Below, piece after piece: positions 36,404 to 48,617 of a stretch of 64,000 nt of DNA. A program made the position numbers and the translations under genes. Positions within the stretch are counted from its first letter, which is position 1. The number at the start of each line of letters is the position of its first letter. A model generated the notes under the pieces. The model saw only the letters and a list, made by a program, of their open reading frames with translations, ran no database searches and had not been told where the DNA came from. Origin of the DNA: Escherichia coli (GTDB lineage: Bacteria > Pseudomonadota > Gammaproteobacteria > Enterobacterales > Enterobacteriaceae); NCBI RefSeq assembly GCF_003334815.1, contig NZ_QOWO01000003.1; one strand, given 5' to 3'.

Positions 36404-37429
36404 GTGATGCCTCAATCTCTCCCGGACACTACGCCGCCGAAAAGGCGCTTTCGCTGGCCAACGGGAATGCCGCAGCTGGCGGCACTGTTGCTGGTGCTGC
36501 TGGTCGATAGCCTGGTGGCCCCGCATTTCTGGCAGGTGGTGCTCCAGGATGGGCGTTTATTCGGTAGCCCCATAGACATTCTTAACCGTGCGGCCCCCGT
36601 TGCGCTGTTGGCTATCGGAATGACGCTGGTGATCGCAACAGGTGGGATTGATCTCTCCGTGGGGGCGGTGATGGCTATCGCCGGAGCCACAACGGCTGCG
36701 ATGACGGTCGCGGGATTCAGCCTGCCGATTGTTTTGTTAAGCGCCCTGGGCACTGGCATCCTGGCGGGATTGTGGAACGGCATACTGGTAGCGATCCTCA
36801 AAATTCAGCCGTTTGTTGCCACCCTGATCCTGATGGTCGCCGGGCGCGGCGTGGCGCAACTGATCACCTCCGGACAGATCGTCACGTTTAACTCGCCGGA
36901 TCTCTCATGGTTTGGCAGTGGATCGCTGTTGTTCCTGCCAACGCCGGTCATTATCGCGGTGCTGACGCTTATCCTGTTCTGGCTGTTGACCCGCAAAACG
37001 GCGCTGGGGATGTTTATCGAAGCCGTTGGTATCAACATTCGGGCGGCAAAAAATGCCGGGGTAAACACGCGGATCATCGTCATGCTTACCTACGTGTTGA
37101 GCGGGCTGTGTGCGGCGATTGCGGGCATTATCGTGGCGGCGGATATTCGCGGTGCCGATGCCAATAACGCCGGGTTATGGCTGGAGCTGGACGCCATTCT
37201 CGCGGTGGTTATTGGCGGCGGATCGCTGATGGGCGGACGTTTTAACCTACTGCTTTCGGTGGTGGGGGCGCTGATTATTCAGGGGATGAACACCGGAATT
37301 TTGCTTTCGGGCTTTCCGCCAGAGATGAACCAGGTTGTAAAAGCGGTGGTGGTTCTTTGCGTGCTGATTGTCCAGTCGCAACGCTTTATCAGTCTGATTA
37401 AAGGAGTACGTAGCCGTGATAAAACGTAA
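36404..37429 (+). CDS. ytfT: galactofuranose ABC transporter permease YtfT
   Basis: Polytopic permease; start set at GTG 36404 (VMPQSLPDTTPPKRRF..., 341 aa; AAGGAG RBS 6 nt upstream); the ORF track begins 7 codons earlier at a TTG inside ytfR. Confidence 0.85.
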   Translation: MMPQSLPDTTPPKRRFRWPTGMPQLAALLLVLLVDSLVAPHFWQVVLQDGRLFGSPIDILNRAAPVALLAIGMTLVIATGGIDLSVGAVMAIAGATTAAMTVAGFSLPIVLLSALGTGILAGLWNGILVAILKIQPFVATLILMVAGRGVAQLITSGQIVTFNSPDLSWFGSGSLLFLPTPVIIAVLTLILFWLLTRKTALGMFIEAVGINIRAAKNAGVNTRIIVMLTYVLSGLCAAIAGIIVAADIRGADANNAGLWLELDAILAVVIGGGSLMGGRFNLLLSVVGALIIQGMNTGILLSGFPPEMNQVVKAVVVLCVLIVQSQRFISLIKGVRSRDKT

Positions 37430-38411
37430 TTTGCCACTGATGATCACCATCGGCGTCTTTGTGTTGGGTTATCTTTACTGCCTGACCCAGTTTCCCGGTT
37501 TTGCTTCCACAAGAGTGATCTGCAATATCCTGACCGATAACGCCTTTCTTGGGATCATTGCCGTTGGCATGACCTTTGTGATCCTCTCCGGTGGGATCGA
37601 TCTCTCCGTCGGTTCGGTGATCGCCTTTACTGGCGTGTTTCTGGCAAAAGTGATTGGCGATTTCGGCCTCTCGCCGCTACTGGCGTTTCCGCTAGTGCTG
37701 GTGATGGGCTGTGCCTTCGGCGCATTTATGGGGCTTTTGATCGACGCCCTGAAGATCCCGGCATTTATCATTACCCTGGCGGGGATGTTCTTTTTGCGCG
37801 GTGTCAGCTATCTCGTTTCGGAAGAGTCGATTCCGATAAACCATCCCATTTATGACACGCTCTCAAGCCTTGCGTGGAAAATCCCTGGCGGCGGTCGCTT
37901 AAGTGCGATGGGACTGCTGATGTTGGCGGTGGTGGTTATCGGTATTTTCCTCGCGCATCGTACCCGTTTTGGTAATCAGGTATACGCCATTGGCGGCAAC
38001 GCAACGTCGGCGAACCTGATGGGGATTTCCACTCGCAGCACCACTATTCGCATTTATATGCTCTCCACCGGACTGGCAACGCTGGCGGGGATTGTCTTCT
38101 CGATTTATACCCAGGCCGGATATGCGCTGGCGGGCGTAGGTGTGGAACTGGATGCTATCGCCTCAGTGGTAATTGGCGGTACGCTTCTGAGCGGTGGCGT
38201 TGGAACGGTATTAGGGACGCTTTTTGGCGTGGCGATTCAGGGGCTAATACAGACTTATATCAACTTTGATGGCACGCTGAGCTCATGGTGGACGAAAATC
38301 GCCATCGGTATTTTGTTATTTATTTTTATAGCATTACAGCGTGGATTAACGGTGCTGTGGGAGAATCGTCAGAGTTCGCCTGTGACAAGAGTCAACATTG
38401 CGCAGCGATAA
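37416..38411 (+). CDS. yjfF: galactofuranose ABC transporter permease YjfF
   Basis: 331-aa polytopic ORF with GTG start (AAGGAG RBS), overlapping the ytfT 3' end; translation (M)IKRNLPLMITIGVFVLGYLYCLTQFPGFAS... Confidence 0.9.
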   Translation: MIKRNLPLMITIGVFVLGYLYCLTQFPGFASTRVICNILTDNAFLGIIAVGMTFVILSGGIDLSVGSVIAFTGVFLAKVIGDFGLSPLLAFPLVLVMGCAFGAFMGLLIDALKIPAFIITLAGMFFLRGVSYLVSEESIPINHPIYDTLSSLAWKIPGGGRLSAMGLLMLAVVVIGIFLAHRTRFGNQVYAIGGNATSANLMGISTRSTTIRIYMLSTGLATLAGIVFSIYTQAGYALAGVGVELDAIASVVIGGTLLSGGVGTVLGTLFGVAIQGLIQTYINFDGTLSSWWTKIAIGILLFIFIALQRGLTVLWENRQSSPVTRVNIAQR

Positions 38412-38440
38412 AAACGCCTCTCCGTGTGGAGAGGCGCAGG
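38411..38440 (-). terminator. Rho-independent terminator downstream of fbp (minus strand), also abutting the yjfF stop
   Basis: CGCCTCTCC-gtgt-GGAGAGGCG hairpin with A-tract on the plus strand (U-run on the minus strand). Confidence 0.7.
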
Positions 38441-38443
38441 AGA

Positions 38444-39442
38444 TTACGCGTCCGGGAACTCACGGATAAAGCGTTCGACATCTTCAACCATATGGTCGTT
38501 GCCGACAAAGAACGAACGGCGCTGGTGCAGAGTTTCCGGGATGATATCCAGAATACGCTCTTTGCCATCGCTCGCTTTACCGCCCGCTTGTTCCGCCAGG
38601 AATGCCATCGGGTTGCACTCATACAGCAAACGCAGTTTGCCGTCCGGGTGGCTGGCGGTGCTTGGGTAGAGATAAATACCGCCTTTCAGCAGGTTACGGT
38701 GGAAATCCGCGACCAGTGAACCGATATAACGTGAGGTATAAGGGCGGTTGGTGGACTTATCTTCTTCCTGGCAGAATTTAATGTACTTCTTCACCCCGTT
38801 CGGAAACTTAATGTAGTTTCCTTCGTTGATGGAGTAGGTTTTGCCTTTCTCCGGGAAGCGCATCCGTTCCTGGCACAGACAGAAAACGCCCAGCGAAGGA
38901 TCGTAAGTAAAGGCGTGAACACCGCATCCGGTGGTGTAAACCAGCATGGTAGAGGAGCCGTATACCACGTAACCTGCCGCAACCTGTTTGTTACCAGGCT
39001 GGAGGAAATCTTCTTCCGTTACCGGCGTGCCAACAGGCGTAACGCGGCGGTAGATGGAGAAAATGGTACCGACAGAGACGTTAACATCGATGTTGGACGA
39101 GCCATCCAGTGGGTCCATCAGCACCACGTATTTTGCGTGTTCACAGCCTTCAAAGACGACAATCTCATCTTCTTCTTCAGAGGCAATGCCCGCAACGATA
39201 TCGCGTGCTTTCAGTGCGGCTTTCAGTTTTTCATTAGCGAACAAGTCGAGTTTCTGCTGAACCTCGCCCTGCACGTTCTCAGCACCGCTGGCACCCAGGA
39301 TATCAACCAGTCCTGCTTTGTTGATATCGCGATGGATAATCTTGGCGCCCAGTTTTATTGCCGACAGCAAAGCAGTGAGCTCACCGGTAGCATGAGAAAA
39401 CTCGTGCTGCTTTTCGACAATAAATTCACCTAACGTTTTCAT
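38444..39442 (-). CDS. fbp: fructose-1,6-bisphosphatase class 1
   Basis: Internal ATG gives [53 protein letters not shown]... (332 aa); the ORF track is extended 61 codons upstream. Confidence 0.95.
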
Positions 39443-39617
39443 AAAACTTTCCCTGCAATGTTTATGGAGTAAAGCGACCGCAACAATCTTAACAAATAAT
39501 CTCAATGTTGCGCTCAGGTGAATCGCGCCAGCAAATTGCGGATTATCCTGAAATGCGTTTCTCACTTGCCCGACATATGCGTAAAATGAGCGGCAGATTA
39601 AAAAAGGATAGTGACGT

Positions 39618-40991
39618 ATGCGCATTCATATTTTAGGAATTTGTGGCACGTTTATGGGCGGTCTGGCGATGCTGGCGCGCCAGTTAGGCCATGAAGTAAC
39701 GGGTTCGGACGCCAATGTGTATCCGCCGATGAGCACCTTACTTGAGAAGCAAGGCATTGAACTGATTCAGGGTTACGATGCCAGCCAGCTCGATCCGCAG
39801 CCGGATCTGGTGATTATTGGCAACGCCATGACCCGTGGAAATCCGTGTGTGGAAGCGGTACTGGAAAAAAACATCCCTTATATGTCAGGTCCACAGTGGC
39901 TGCACGATTTTGTGCTGCGCGACCGCTGGGTGCTGGCCGTTGCCGGTACACATGGCAAAACCACCACCGCGGGAATGGCAACCTGGATTCTGGAACAGTG
40001 CGGTTACAAACCGGGATTTGTGATCGGCGGTGTGCCGGGGAACTTTGAGGTTTCGGCGCGTCTGGGCGAAAGCGACTTCTTTGTTATCGAAGCGGATGAG
40101 TATGACTGCGCCTTCTTCGACAAACGCTCTAAATTTGTCCATTACTGCCCACGTACGCTGATCCTCAACAACCTTGAGTTCGATCACGCCGATATCTTTG
40201 ACGACCTGAAAGCGATCCAGAAACAGTTCCACCATCTGGTGCGTATCGTTCCGGGGCAGGGCCGTATTATCTGGCCAGAAAACGACATCAACCTGAAACA
40301 GACCATGGCGATGGGCTGCTGGAGCGAGCAGGAGCTGGTGGGTGAGCAGGGGCACTGGCAGGCGAAAAAGCTGACCACCGATGCTTCCGAATGGGAAGTT
40401 TTGCTGGATGGCGAAAAAGTGGGCGAAGTGAAATGGTCGCTGGTAGGCGAACATAATATGCACAATGGCCTGATGGCGATTGCGGCGGCTCGCCATGTTG
40501 GTGTAGCGCCGGCAGATGCCGCTAACGCGCTGGGTTCGTTTATTAACGCTCGTCGCCGTCTGGAGTTGCGTGGTGAAGCGAATGGCGTCACGGTATATGA
40601 CGATTTTGCCCATCACCCAACGGCGATTCTGGCAACGCTTGCGGCGCTGCGTGGCAAAGTTGGCGGTACGGCGCGCATTATTGCCGTGCTGGAACCGCGC
40701 TCGAATACCATGAAAATGGGGATCTGCAAAGACGATCTGGCACCTTCATTAGGTCGTGCCGATGAAGTCTTCCTGCTGCAACCGGCGCATATTCCGTGGC
40801 AGGTGGCAGAAGTGGCAGAAGCCTGCGTTCAGCCTGCACACTGGAGTGGCGATGTGGATACGCTGGCAGATATGGTGGTGAAAACCGCTCAGCCTGGCGA
40901 CCATATTCTGGTGATGAGCAACGGCGGTTTTGGTGGGATCCATCAGAAACTGCTGGATGGTCTGGCGAAGAAGGCGGAAGCCGCGCAGTAA
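39618..40991 (+). CDS. mpl: UDP-N-acetylmuramate:L-alanyl-gamma-D-glutamyl-meso-diaminopimelate ligase (murein peptide ligase)
   Basis: 457-aa [50 protein letters not shown]... recognised as Mpl. Confidence 0.95.
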
Positions 40992-41014
40992 TTCGGCCTT
41001 AGCCTGATATAGTG

Positions 41015-41122
41015 TGCGTAGGCCGGATAAGGCGTTCACGCCGCATCCGGCATTTGAGCATAGTGCCTGATGCGACGCTTGATGCGTCTTATCAGGCCTA
41101 CAGGTGCACCGCATCCGGCAAA
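41015..41122. repeat. REP/BIME element between mpl and yjgA
   Basis: gtaggccggataaggcgttcacgccgcatccggca...gcctgatgcgacgcttgatgcgtcttatcaggcctac...ccgcatccggc. Confidence 0.8.
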
Positions 41123-41146
41123 CCATACTCACATCAACAACGAAAA

Positions 41147-41698
41147 TTACCCTTCATTCTCCGCCAGTTCGCGCAGATACTGGAAAATCTGGCGTGCGGA
41201 TTTCGGCGGCTTATTCCCTTCTTTCTCTTTCTTCGCGTTGCGGATCAGAGTACGCAGTTGCTGACGATCGGCATCGGGCCACAGATTTAATACCTCAGCG
41301 ATGGCGTCATCACCTTGATCGATCAGACGATCGCGCAGGTTTTCCAGTTTATGGAACAGCACCACCTGCTGGTTGTGACGGTTTTTCAGCTTATCCAGCG
41401 CCTGACGAATAGGCTCTACGTCGCGCTGGCGCAGCATCTTACCGATGAGCTGCAACTGGCGGCGGCGACCTTCCATCTTAATACGCTGGGCGAGCTCAAT
41501 AGCCGCGCGCAGATCCGCATCTAACGGGATCTTATCCAGCGCGTTTTTCCCCAGATCAACAATTTCCGCGCCAAGGCGTTTTAGCTCCTCGGCATCACGT
41601 TTAATTTCACTTTTACTGACCCAGATAATTTCATCGTCTTCGTCTTCGATGTCATCACCGGGAACGTCGTCGAGCCAGTCTTCGGGCTGCTTAGTCAT
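41147..41698 (-). CDS. yjgA: ribosome-associated DUF615/UPF0307 protein YjgA
   Basis: 183-aa [52 protein letters not shown]... Confidence 0.9.
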
Positions 41699-41792
41699 CT
41701 CAGGCTCCTTAAAAAAAAGAGGCTAATGTTACCAGTTAAGATGCGCACTGAAAAACGGTTCTCTGTTAGACTTCAGAGAAACTCTCTACATT

Positions 41793-43145
41793 ATGGCACT
41801 TGCAATGAAAGTAATCTCTCAAGTTGAAGCGCAGCGCAAGATTCTGGAAGAAGCAGTTTCCACTGCGCTGGAGTTGGCCTCAGGCAAATCGGACGGTGCG
41901 GAAGTTGCCGTCAGCAAGACCACCGGCATTAGCGTAAGCACGCGTTATGGTGAAGTGGAGAATGTTGAATTCAATAGCGATGGCGCGCTGGGGATCACTG
42001 TTTATCACCAGAACCGCAAAGGTAGCGCATCATCCACCGATTTAAGCCCGCAGGCCATTGCCCGTACTGTACAGGCGGCGCTGGATATTGCCCGTTATAC
42101 CTCGCCAGATCCCTGTGCCGGCGTGGCAGACAAAGAGCTGCTGGCCTTTGACGCACCAGATCTCGACTTGTTCCACCCTGCGGAAGTTTCCCCGGATGAA
42201 GCCATTGAACTGGCGGCCCGCGCAGAACAGGCGGCATTGCAGGCGGACAAACGCATCACCAATACCGAAGGTGGCAGCTTTAACAGCCACTACGGTGTCA
42301 AAGTTTTTGGCAACAGCCACGGCATGTTGCAGGGTTACTGCTCAACGCGTCATTCGCTCTCCAGCTGTGTAATTGCCGAAGAAAATGGCGATATGGAGCG
42401 TGATTACGCCTACACCATTGGTCGTGCGATGAGCGATCTGCAAACGCCAGAGTGGGTTGGGGCCGACTGTGCTCGCCGTACTTTATCGCGCCTGTCACCG
42501 CGTAAACTCTCCACCATGAAAGCGCCGGTCATTTTTGCCAATGAAGTGGCAACCGGGCTTTTTGGCCATCTGGTGGGGGCGATAGCGGGTGGATCGGTTT
42601 ACCGTAAATCCACCTTCCTGCTGGATTCGCTGGGTAAACAAATTCTGCCGGACTGGCTGACCATTGAAGAGCATCCGCATCTGCTGAAAGGGCTGGCATC
42701 GACGCCATTTGACAGCGAAGGTGTGCGCACCGAGCGTCGCGATATTATTAAAGATGGCATCCTGACTCAGTGGCTGCTGACCAGCTACTCGGCGCGGAAA
42801 CTGGGGCTGAAAAGCACCGGACATGCGGGCGGTATTCACAACTGGCGGATTGCCGGACAAGGGCTAAGCTTCGAACAAATGCTCAAAGAGATGGGTACCG
42901 GGCTGGTGGTGACGGAGCTGATGGGCCAGGGCGTGAGTGCCATTACCGGTGATTATTCCCGTGGTGCAGCGGGCTTCTGGGTAGAGAATGGCGAAATTCA
43001 GTATCCGGTTAGCGAAATCACCATCGCAGGTAATTTAAAAGATATGTGGCGCAATATTGTCACCGTCGGTAACGATATTGAAACACGCAGTAATATACAG
43101 TGTGGTTCTGTGCTGTTGCCGGAGATGAAAATCGCCGGGCAGTAA
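41793..43145 (+). CDS. pmbA: metalloprotease PmbA (TldE)
   Basis: 450-aa [54 protein letters not shown]... recognised as PmbA. Confidence 0.93.
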
Positions 43146-43324
43146 AAAACTGGCGCGACCTGCCGCGCTATAAACTAAAAAATTACACAAAATCATTCGC
43201 ACTGCATCGAGACGGAAAGTGAATGAGGGCCGGGGAGCGTACTCGCAGTACGTGACCCGGGCGAATGAGCGTAGCCGTCGATGAGGCAGTGTGAAGGATG
43301 AAGTGTAAATAAAAAAGGAAGTGA

Positions 43325-43714
<390 letters not shown>

Positions 43715-43758
43715 TTCCTCATTTCCCTGTTGCCTGCACTCAGGTAACAGGGAACTTA

Positions 43759-44223
43759 TCATCGCAAATGATGCACCACCTGATTGCTGCTGCCGCGCCA
43801 GATCAGGGAAGGGTCTTTTAAATCCTGCACAAATTTGCCGTCGACCAGTACGTTAATCAAATCAACAACCTGCATTTGCGCAGCGTTGAGATCGTCGAGT
43901 TTATAGCCTGTCCACACCCAGATGTCTTTATCCGGACACTCGGCGCGGATGCGTTTTACCAGTTTCAGAATATCCGGCACGTTTTGCGGATGCAGCGGAT
44001 CGCCGCCGGAGAGGGAAATCCCCTGGCGTTTGATACGAGTGTCATTCAGATCGTTAATGATCTGGTCTTCCATTGCTTTGGTAAATGGCTGACCAGAATT
44101 TACCCGCCATGTGCTTTTGTTATAGCAACCGGGGCATTCATGAACACACCCGGAGACAAACAGGGTGCAGCGAGTGCCGGGGCCGTTGACGATGTCGACA
44201 GGATAGTACTGATGATAATTCAT
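43759..44223 (-). CDS. nrdG: anaerobic ribonucleoside-triphosphate reductase activating protein (radical SAM)
   Basis: 154-aa ORF MNYHQYYPVDIVNGPGTRCTLFVSGCVHECPGCYNKSTW... with CxxxCxxC-type cluster motif. Confidence 0.95.
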   Translation of the reverse strand: MNYHQYYPVDIVNGPGTRCTLFVSGCVHECPGCYNKSTWRVNSGQPFTKAMEDQIINDLNDTRIKRQGISLSGGDPLHPQNVPDILKLVKRIRAECPDKDIWVWTGYKLDDLNAAQMQVVDLINVLVDGKFVQDLKDPSLIWRGSSNQVVHHLR

Positions 44224-44249
44224 TATTTCGCCTGGCTTATCAGTCCGCG

Positions 44250-44365
<116 letters not shown>

Positions 44366-44380
44366 AACGTAGAGTGAAGA

Positions 44381-46519
44381 TTAACCTATCTGCCCATTTC
44401 CCAAATGTTTAACGCGGCGCTTAACTTCTTCCTGCTTACCGGCGTTAAATGGACGTGCATCCGGGCTACCTAAATATCCGCACACGCGGCGAGTTACCGA
44501 CACACGGGAGGCGTCATGGTTACCACATTTCGGGCAAGTGAAGCCTTTGCTGGTGCACTCGAACTCACCGGTAAAGCCACACTCGTAGCACTCATCAATC
44601 GGTGTATTGGTGCCGTAATACGGTACATGCTGATAGCTGTAATCCCAGACATCTTCCAGCGCCTTCAGGTTGTGCTGAATGTTTGGATACTCGCCGTAGC
44701 AAATGAAACCACCGTTCGCCAGCGGCGGGTAAGGCGCTTCAAAGTCGATCTTGTCGTACGGGTTCACCTTCTTCTCCACATCGAGGTGGAAACTGTTGGT
44801 GTAGTAACCTTTATCGGTCACGCCCGGCACCACGCCAAACTCAGCAGTATCGAGACGGCAGAAGCGGTCGCACAGGTTTTCACTCGGCGTGCTGTAGAGA
44901 CTGAAACCATAACCCGTTTCTTCTTTCCACTGATCCACTGCCTGACGCAGACGTTCAACAATGGCGATACCTTTCGCGCGAAGCTGCTCGTTGTCGTAAA
45001 CATGCTCGCCGCCGAACAGCGCGTTAATGGTTTCGTGGATGCCGATGTAACCCAGCGAAATAGACGCACGACCGTTTTTGAAGATTTCAGAAACATCATC
45101 GTCAGCATTGAGACGCACGCCACAAGCACCTTCCATATAGAGGATCGGGGCCACGCGCGCTTTCACGCCTTCGAGACGAGCGATACGGGTCATCAGCGCC
45201 TTACGTGCCAGCACCAGACGTTCATCCAGCAGCTTCCAGAAGGTGGCTTCATCGCCTTTTGCTTCCAGAGCAATACGCGGCAGGTTCAGGCTGATCACGC
45301 CGAGGTTGTTACGACCATCGTGGATCTGCTCGCCGTTTTCATTTTCCCACACGCCGAGGAAGCTGCGGCAGCCCATCGGGGTTTTAAACGAACCGGTGAC
45401 TTTCACTACCTGATCGTAGTTCAGGATATCCGGATACATGCGCTTGCTTGCGCACTCCAGCGCCAGCTGTTTGATGTCGTAGTTCGGATCGCCTTTTTTA
45501 TGGTTCAGACCATCGCGAATCGCAAACACCAGTTTCGGGAACACCGCAGTTTTACGGTTTTTACCGAGACCTGCGATACGGTTACGCAGGATAGATTCCT
45601 GAATCAGGCGCGATTCCCAGCTGGTGCCCAGACCAAAACCAAAAGTTACAAACGGCGTTTGACCGTTGGCGGTATGCAGGGTGTTTACTTCGTACTCCAG
45701 CGACTGGAAGGCATCGTAGCACTCTTTAATGGTACGAGAGTTAGCGTAGCCTTCTGCGTCCGGGATGCTCCACTCTTCTGCGGTCTTGCGATGTTTGTTG
45801 TAGCTGGCGGTGACAAACGGTGCCAGCACTTCATCGATACGGTTAATGGTGGTGCCGCCATAAATATGGCTGGCAACCTGAGCAATAATCTGCGCAGTTA
45901 CCGCGGTTGCCGTTGAGATCGACTTCGGCGGTTCAATCTCGGCGTTCCCCATTTTAAAGCCCTGGGTCAGCATGCCTTTCAGGTCGATCAACATGCAGTT
46001 GAACATCGGGAAAAACGGTGAGTAATCGAGATCGTGATAGTGAATATCGCCACGCTCATGTGCCTGCACCACGTCACGCGGCAGCAGGTGCTGACGTGCA
46101 TAGTGTTTAGCCACGATCCCGGCCAGCAGGTCGCGCTGGGTTGGAATCACCTTGCTGTCTTTGTTGGCGTTTTCGTTGAGTAACGAGGCGTTGGTCTGCT
46201 CGACCAGACCACGGATCTCCTGGTTCAGGCGACCGCGTTTTTCACGTTCAATGTCGCGATCGTGACGGTACTCGATGTAAGCACGAGCCAGTTGTTTGTA
46301 TGGACCCGACATCAGCTGGTTTTCAACTGCGGTCTGGATCTCATTGATATCCACCTGGTTGCGGCCCTGCATCTGCTCGCTGACAACCGCGGCAACAGTG
46401 GCGCAATAATCGGCATCATCGACTTCCGCTGCTTTAGCTGCACGCAGAATCGCTTCTTTGATGCGCTCTGATTTAAACGGCACTTTGCAGCCGTCTCGTT
46501 TCATCACATGCGGTGTCAT
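44381..46519 (-). CDS. nrdD: anaerobic ribonucleoside-triphosphate reductase (class III RNR)
   Basis: 712-aa ORF MTPHVMKRDGCKVPFKSERIKEAILRAAKAAEVDDADYCATVAAVV... ending in a glycyl-radical region and C-terminal Cys cluster. Confidence 0.97.
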   Translation of the reverse strand: MTPHVMKRDGCKVPFKSERIKEAILRAAKAAEVDDADYCATVAAVVSEQMQGRNQVDINEIQTAVENQLMSGPYKQLARAYIEYRHDRDIEREKRGRLNQEIRGLVEQTNASLLNENANKDSKVIPTQRDLLAGIVAKHYARQHLLPRDVVQAHERGDIHYHDLDYSPFFPMFNCMLIDLKGMLTQGFKMGNAEIEPPKSISTATAVTAQIIAQVASHIYGGTTINRIDEVLAPFVTASYNKHRKTAEEWSIPDAEGYANSRTIKECYDAFQSLEYEVNTLHTANGQTPFVTFGFGLGTSWESRLIQESILRNRIAGLGKNRKTAVFPKLVFAIRDGLNHKKGDPNYDIKQLALECASKRMYPDILNYDQVVKVTGSFKTPMGCRSFLGVWENENGEQIHDGRNNLGVISLNLPRIALEAKGDEATFWKLLDERLVLARKALMTRIARLEGVKARVAPILYMEGACGVRLNADDDVSEIFKNGRASISLGYIGIHETINALFGGEHVYDNEQLRAKGIAIVERLRQAVDQWKEETGYGFSLYSTPSENLCDRFCRLDTAEFGVVPGVTDKGYYTNSFHLDVEKKVNPYDKIDFEAPYPPLANGGFICYGEYPNIQHNLKALEDVWDYSYQHVPYYGTNTPIDECYECGFTGEFECTSKGFTCPKCGNHDASRVSVTRRVCGYLGSPDARPFNAGKQEEVKRRVKHLGNGQIG

Positions 46520-46912
46520 GATCGCTCCATATTTTTAAGAACAGGTTATCCACAGAAATTGGGAAAGGCGTTTTCCGGTTTTTTCGTTTCGTTTTCCGGT
46601 GCTTTCCGCAATCGCCATCCGCTTATCCACAACGCCGCACCTTTTTCGTGGGGAGCTGTAGTAGCAATTATAGTCGATTAATACAACATATTGGGTTGGG
46701 ACGCATTTTAAAGTCTATATATAGTGCTTTGCATCAAGGATGTTTGAACTTTTTTTGATGTAGCTCAAAGTAAAAAGCAGAGCGTACGGATGACGGGCGC
46801 TACAGCGTTATGTAAATTTTTTAATGAATTTGCTGGTTGAAAAATCAACAAAAACAACATGCTGACAGACAAAACCCCGGAATGACCGGCATTACCGGGG
46901 CTTAGGGAAGAT

Positions 46913-48568
46913 TTACTTCTGTAACCACCAGACAGCCTCAAAAGGCCGTAAATTCATGGCACAGGGTTGTGGTGAGGCTTCTTCGTAGTTATGCATCACA
47001 AGCTGCCAGTTGCCGCGCATTTGCCCTGGCTGCCAGGGTTGGATCTCACGGCTAAGGTTGGCAATGACCAGCAAGGTTTGCCCCTTCCATTCACGGCGAT
47101 AGCACCACAATACAGGGCTGTTTGGCAGCAGATCCTGGTAATTGCCCCATGTCAGGATGGCTTCCTGCTTACGCAGTGCGATTAACTTTTGGTAGGTGTA
47201 AAACACCGAGGAATCATCGGCCAGCGCGGCTTCTACGTTGATTTGTTGATAGTTATCGCCCAGGCCAATCCACGGTTCGCCAGCCGTAAACCCGGCATTA
47301 TCGCCGTTGCTCCATTGCATGGGCGTGCGGCTGTTGTCACGGGATTTACTGGCGAGGATTGCCAATAACTCGTCGGCATCACGCCCATCGTTGCGCAGCT
47401 CGGCAAACATATTGAGGCTCTCCACGTCGCGATAGTCAGTAATGCGCGTGAAATGCGGGTTGGTCATGCCAATCTCTTCGCCCTGGTAGATATACGGCGT
47501 TCCCTGCATGCCATGCAGCACCATCGCTAGCATTTTTGCCGCAGGCACGCGGTATTCACCTTCATCACCAAAGCGAGAAACAATGCGCGGCTGATCGTGG
47601 TTACACCAGAACAAGGCATTCCATGCTACGTTGTGCATTCCTTGTTGCCAGTGGCGGAACAATGTTTTCAACGCCACAAAGTCAGGTTTAGCCAGCGTCC
47701 ATTTTTCACCACCGGGATAATCGACCTTCAGGTGATGAAAATTAAAGGTCATCGATAATTCACTGCCTGCCAGTGCCGCGTATCGCTGGCAATGCTCAAG
47801 GCTGGTGGAGGACATTTCACCTACGGTCATTAACCCGCGTGGCGTAAACACATCGCGGTTCATCTCGTGCAAAAACTCGTGTGCTCGTGGCCCGTCGGTG
47901 TAGAAGCGACGCCCGTCGCCATCCAGGTCTTCAGGGAAACGCGGGTCTTTGGAGATCAGATTCACCACATCCAGGCGCAACCCATCGACCCCACGATCGG
48001 CCCAGAATTCACAGACTTTTTTCAGCTCTGCGCGTACCGCTGGATTCTCCCAGTTGAGATCCGCCTGTTCTGGTGCAAAGAGATGCAAATAGTACTGTTC
48101 GCTTTCCGCATGCCAGCGCCACGCACTACCGCCAAATTTTGAACGCCAGTTATTCGGTGGCGTTTCTGGTTCGCCATCGCGCCAGATATAAAACTGGCGG
48201 TAAGGGCTTTCTTTGTTCAGCGCCTCGCGAAACCAGGCATGTTGGGTAGAGGTATGGTTAAACACCATATCGAGAATGATACGAATCCCGCGCGATTTTG
48301 CCTGCGTCACCAGTTCGTCAAAATCGTCCAGCGTGCCGTAGGTGGGATCAATCGCCGTATAGTTCGCTACGTCGTAACCGTTATCGACCTGGGGAGAGAC
48401 ATAAAAGGGGGTTAGCCAGATGGCATCAACGCCCAGTTTATGCAGATAGTCCAGGCGTTGGATAACGCCACGTAAATCGCCGGTACCGCTACCCGTGGTG
48501 TCCTGAAAACTCTTTGGATAAATCTGGTAGATAACGCCGTTTTGCCACCAGTGGGGAAGATTAGTCAT
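46913..48568 (-). CDS. treC: trehalose-6-phosphate hydrolase
   Basis: Internal ATG gives MTNLPHWWQNGVIYQIYPKSFQDTTGSGTGDLRGVIQRLDYLHKLGVDAIWLTPF... (551 aa, GH13); the ORF track is extended 49 codons upstream. Confidence 0.95.
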   Translation of the reverse strand: MTNLPHWWQNGVIYQIYPKSFQDTTGSGTGDLRGVIQRLDYLHKLGVDAIWLTPFYVSPQVDNGYDVANYTAIDPTYGTLDDFDELVTQAKSRGIRIILDMVFNHTSTQHAWFREALNKESPYRQFYIWRDGEPETPPNNWRSKFGGSAWRWHAESEQYYLHLFAPEQADLNWENPAVRAELKKVCEFWADRGVDGLRLDVVNLISKDPRFPEDLDGDGRRFYTDGPRAHEFLHEMNRDVFTPRGLMTVGEMSSTSLEHCQRYAALAGSELSMTFNFHHLKVDYPGGEKWTLAKPDFVALKTLFRHWQQGMHNVAWNALFWCNHDQPRIVSRFGDEGEYRVPAAKMLAMVLHGMQGTPYIYQGEEIGMTNPHFTRITDYRDVESLNMFAELRNDGRDADELLAILASKSRDNSRTPMQWSNGDNAGFTAGEPWIGLGDNYQQINVEAALADDSSVFYTYQKLIALRKQEAILTWGNYQDLLPNSPVLWCYRREWKGQTLLVIANLSREIQPWQPGQMRGNWQLVMHNYEEASPQPCAMNLRPFEAVWWLQK

Positions 48569-48617
48569 TACGTTATTCCTGCGAATGCGAGGGGGCGCAA
48601 TTGCGCCCCGAAGAAAA

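Noticed and set aside
44516-45916. 466-aa ORF antisense to nrdD
   Set aside because: Shadow ORF inside a well-recognised, highly conserved gene; translation is compositionally odd (Val/Arg/Phe-rich).
46741-46770. TTGAT-N4-CTCAA motif upstream of nrdD as an FNR site
   Set aside because: One half-site mismatch and about 240 bp from the nrdD start, farther than the FNR sites I recall for nrdDG; too weak to annotate.
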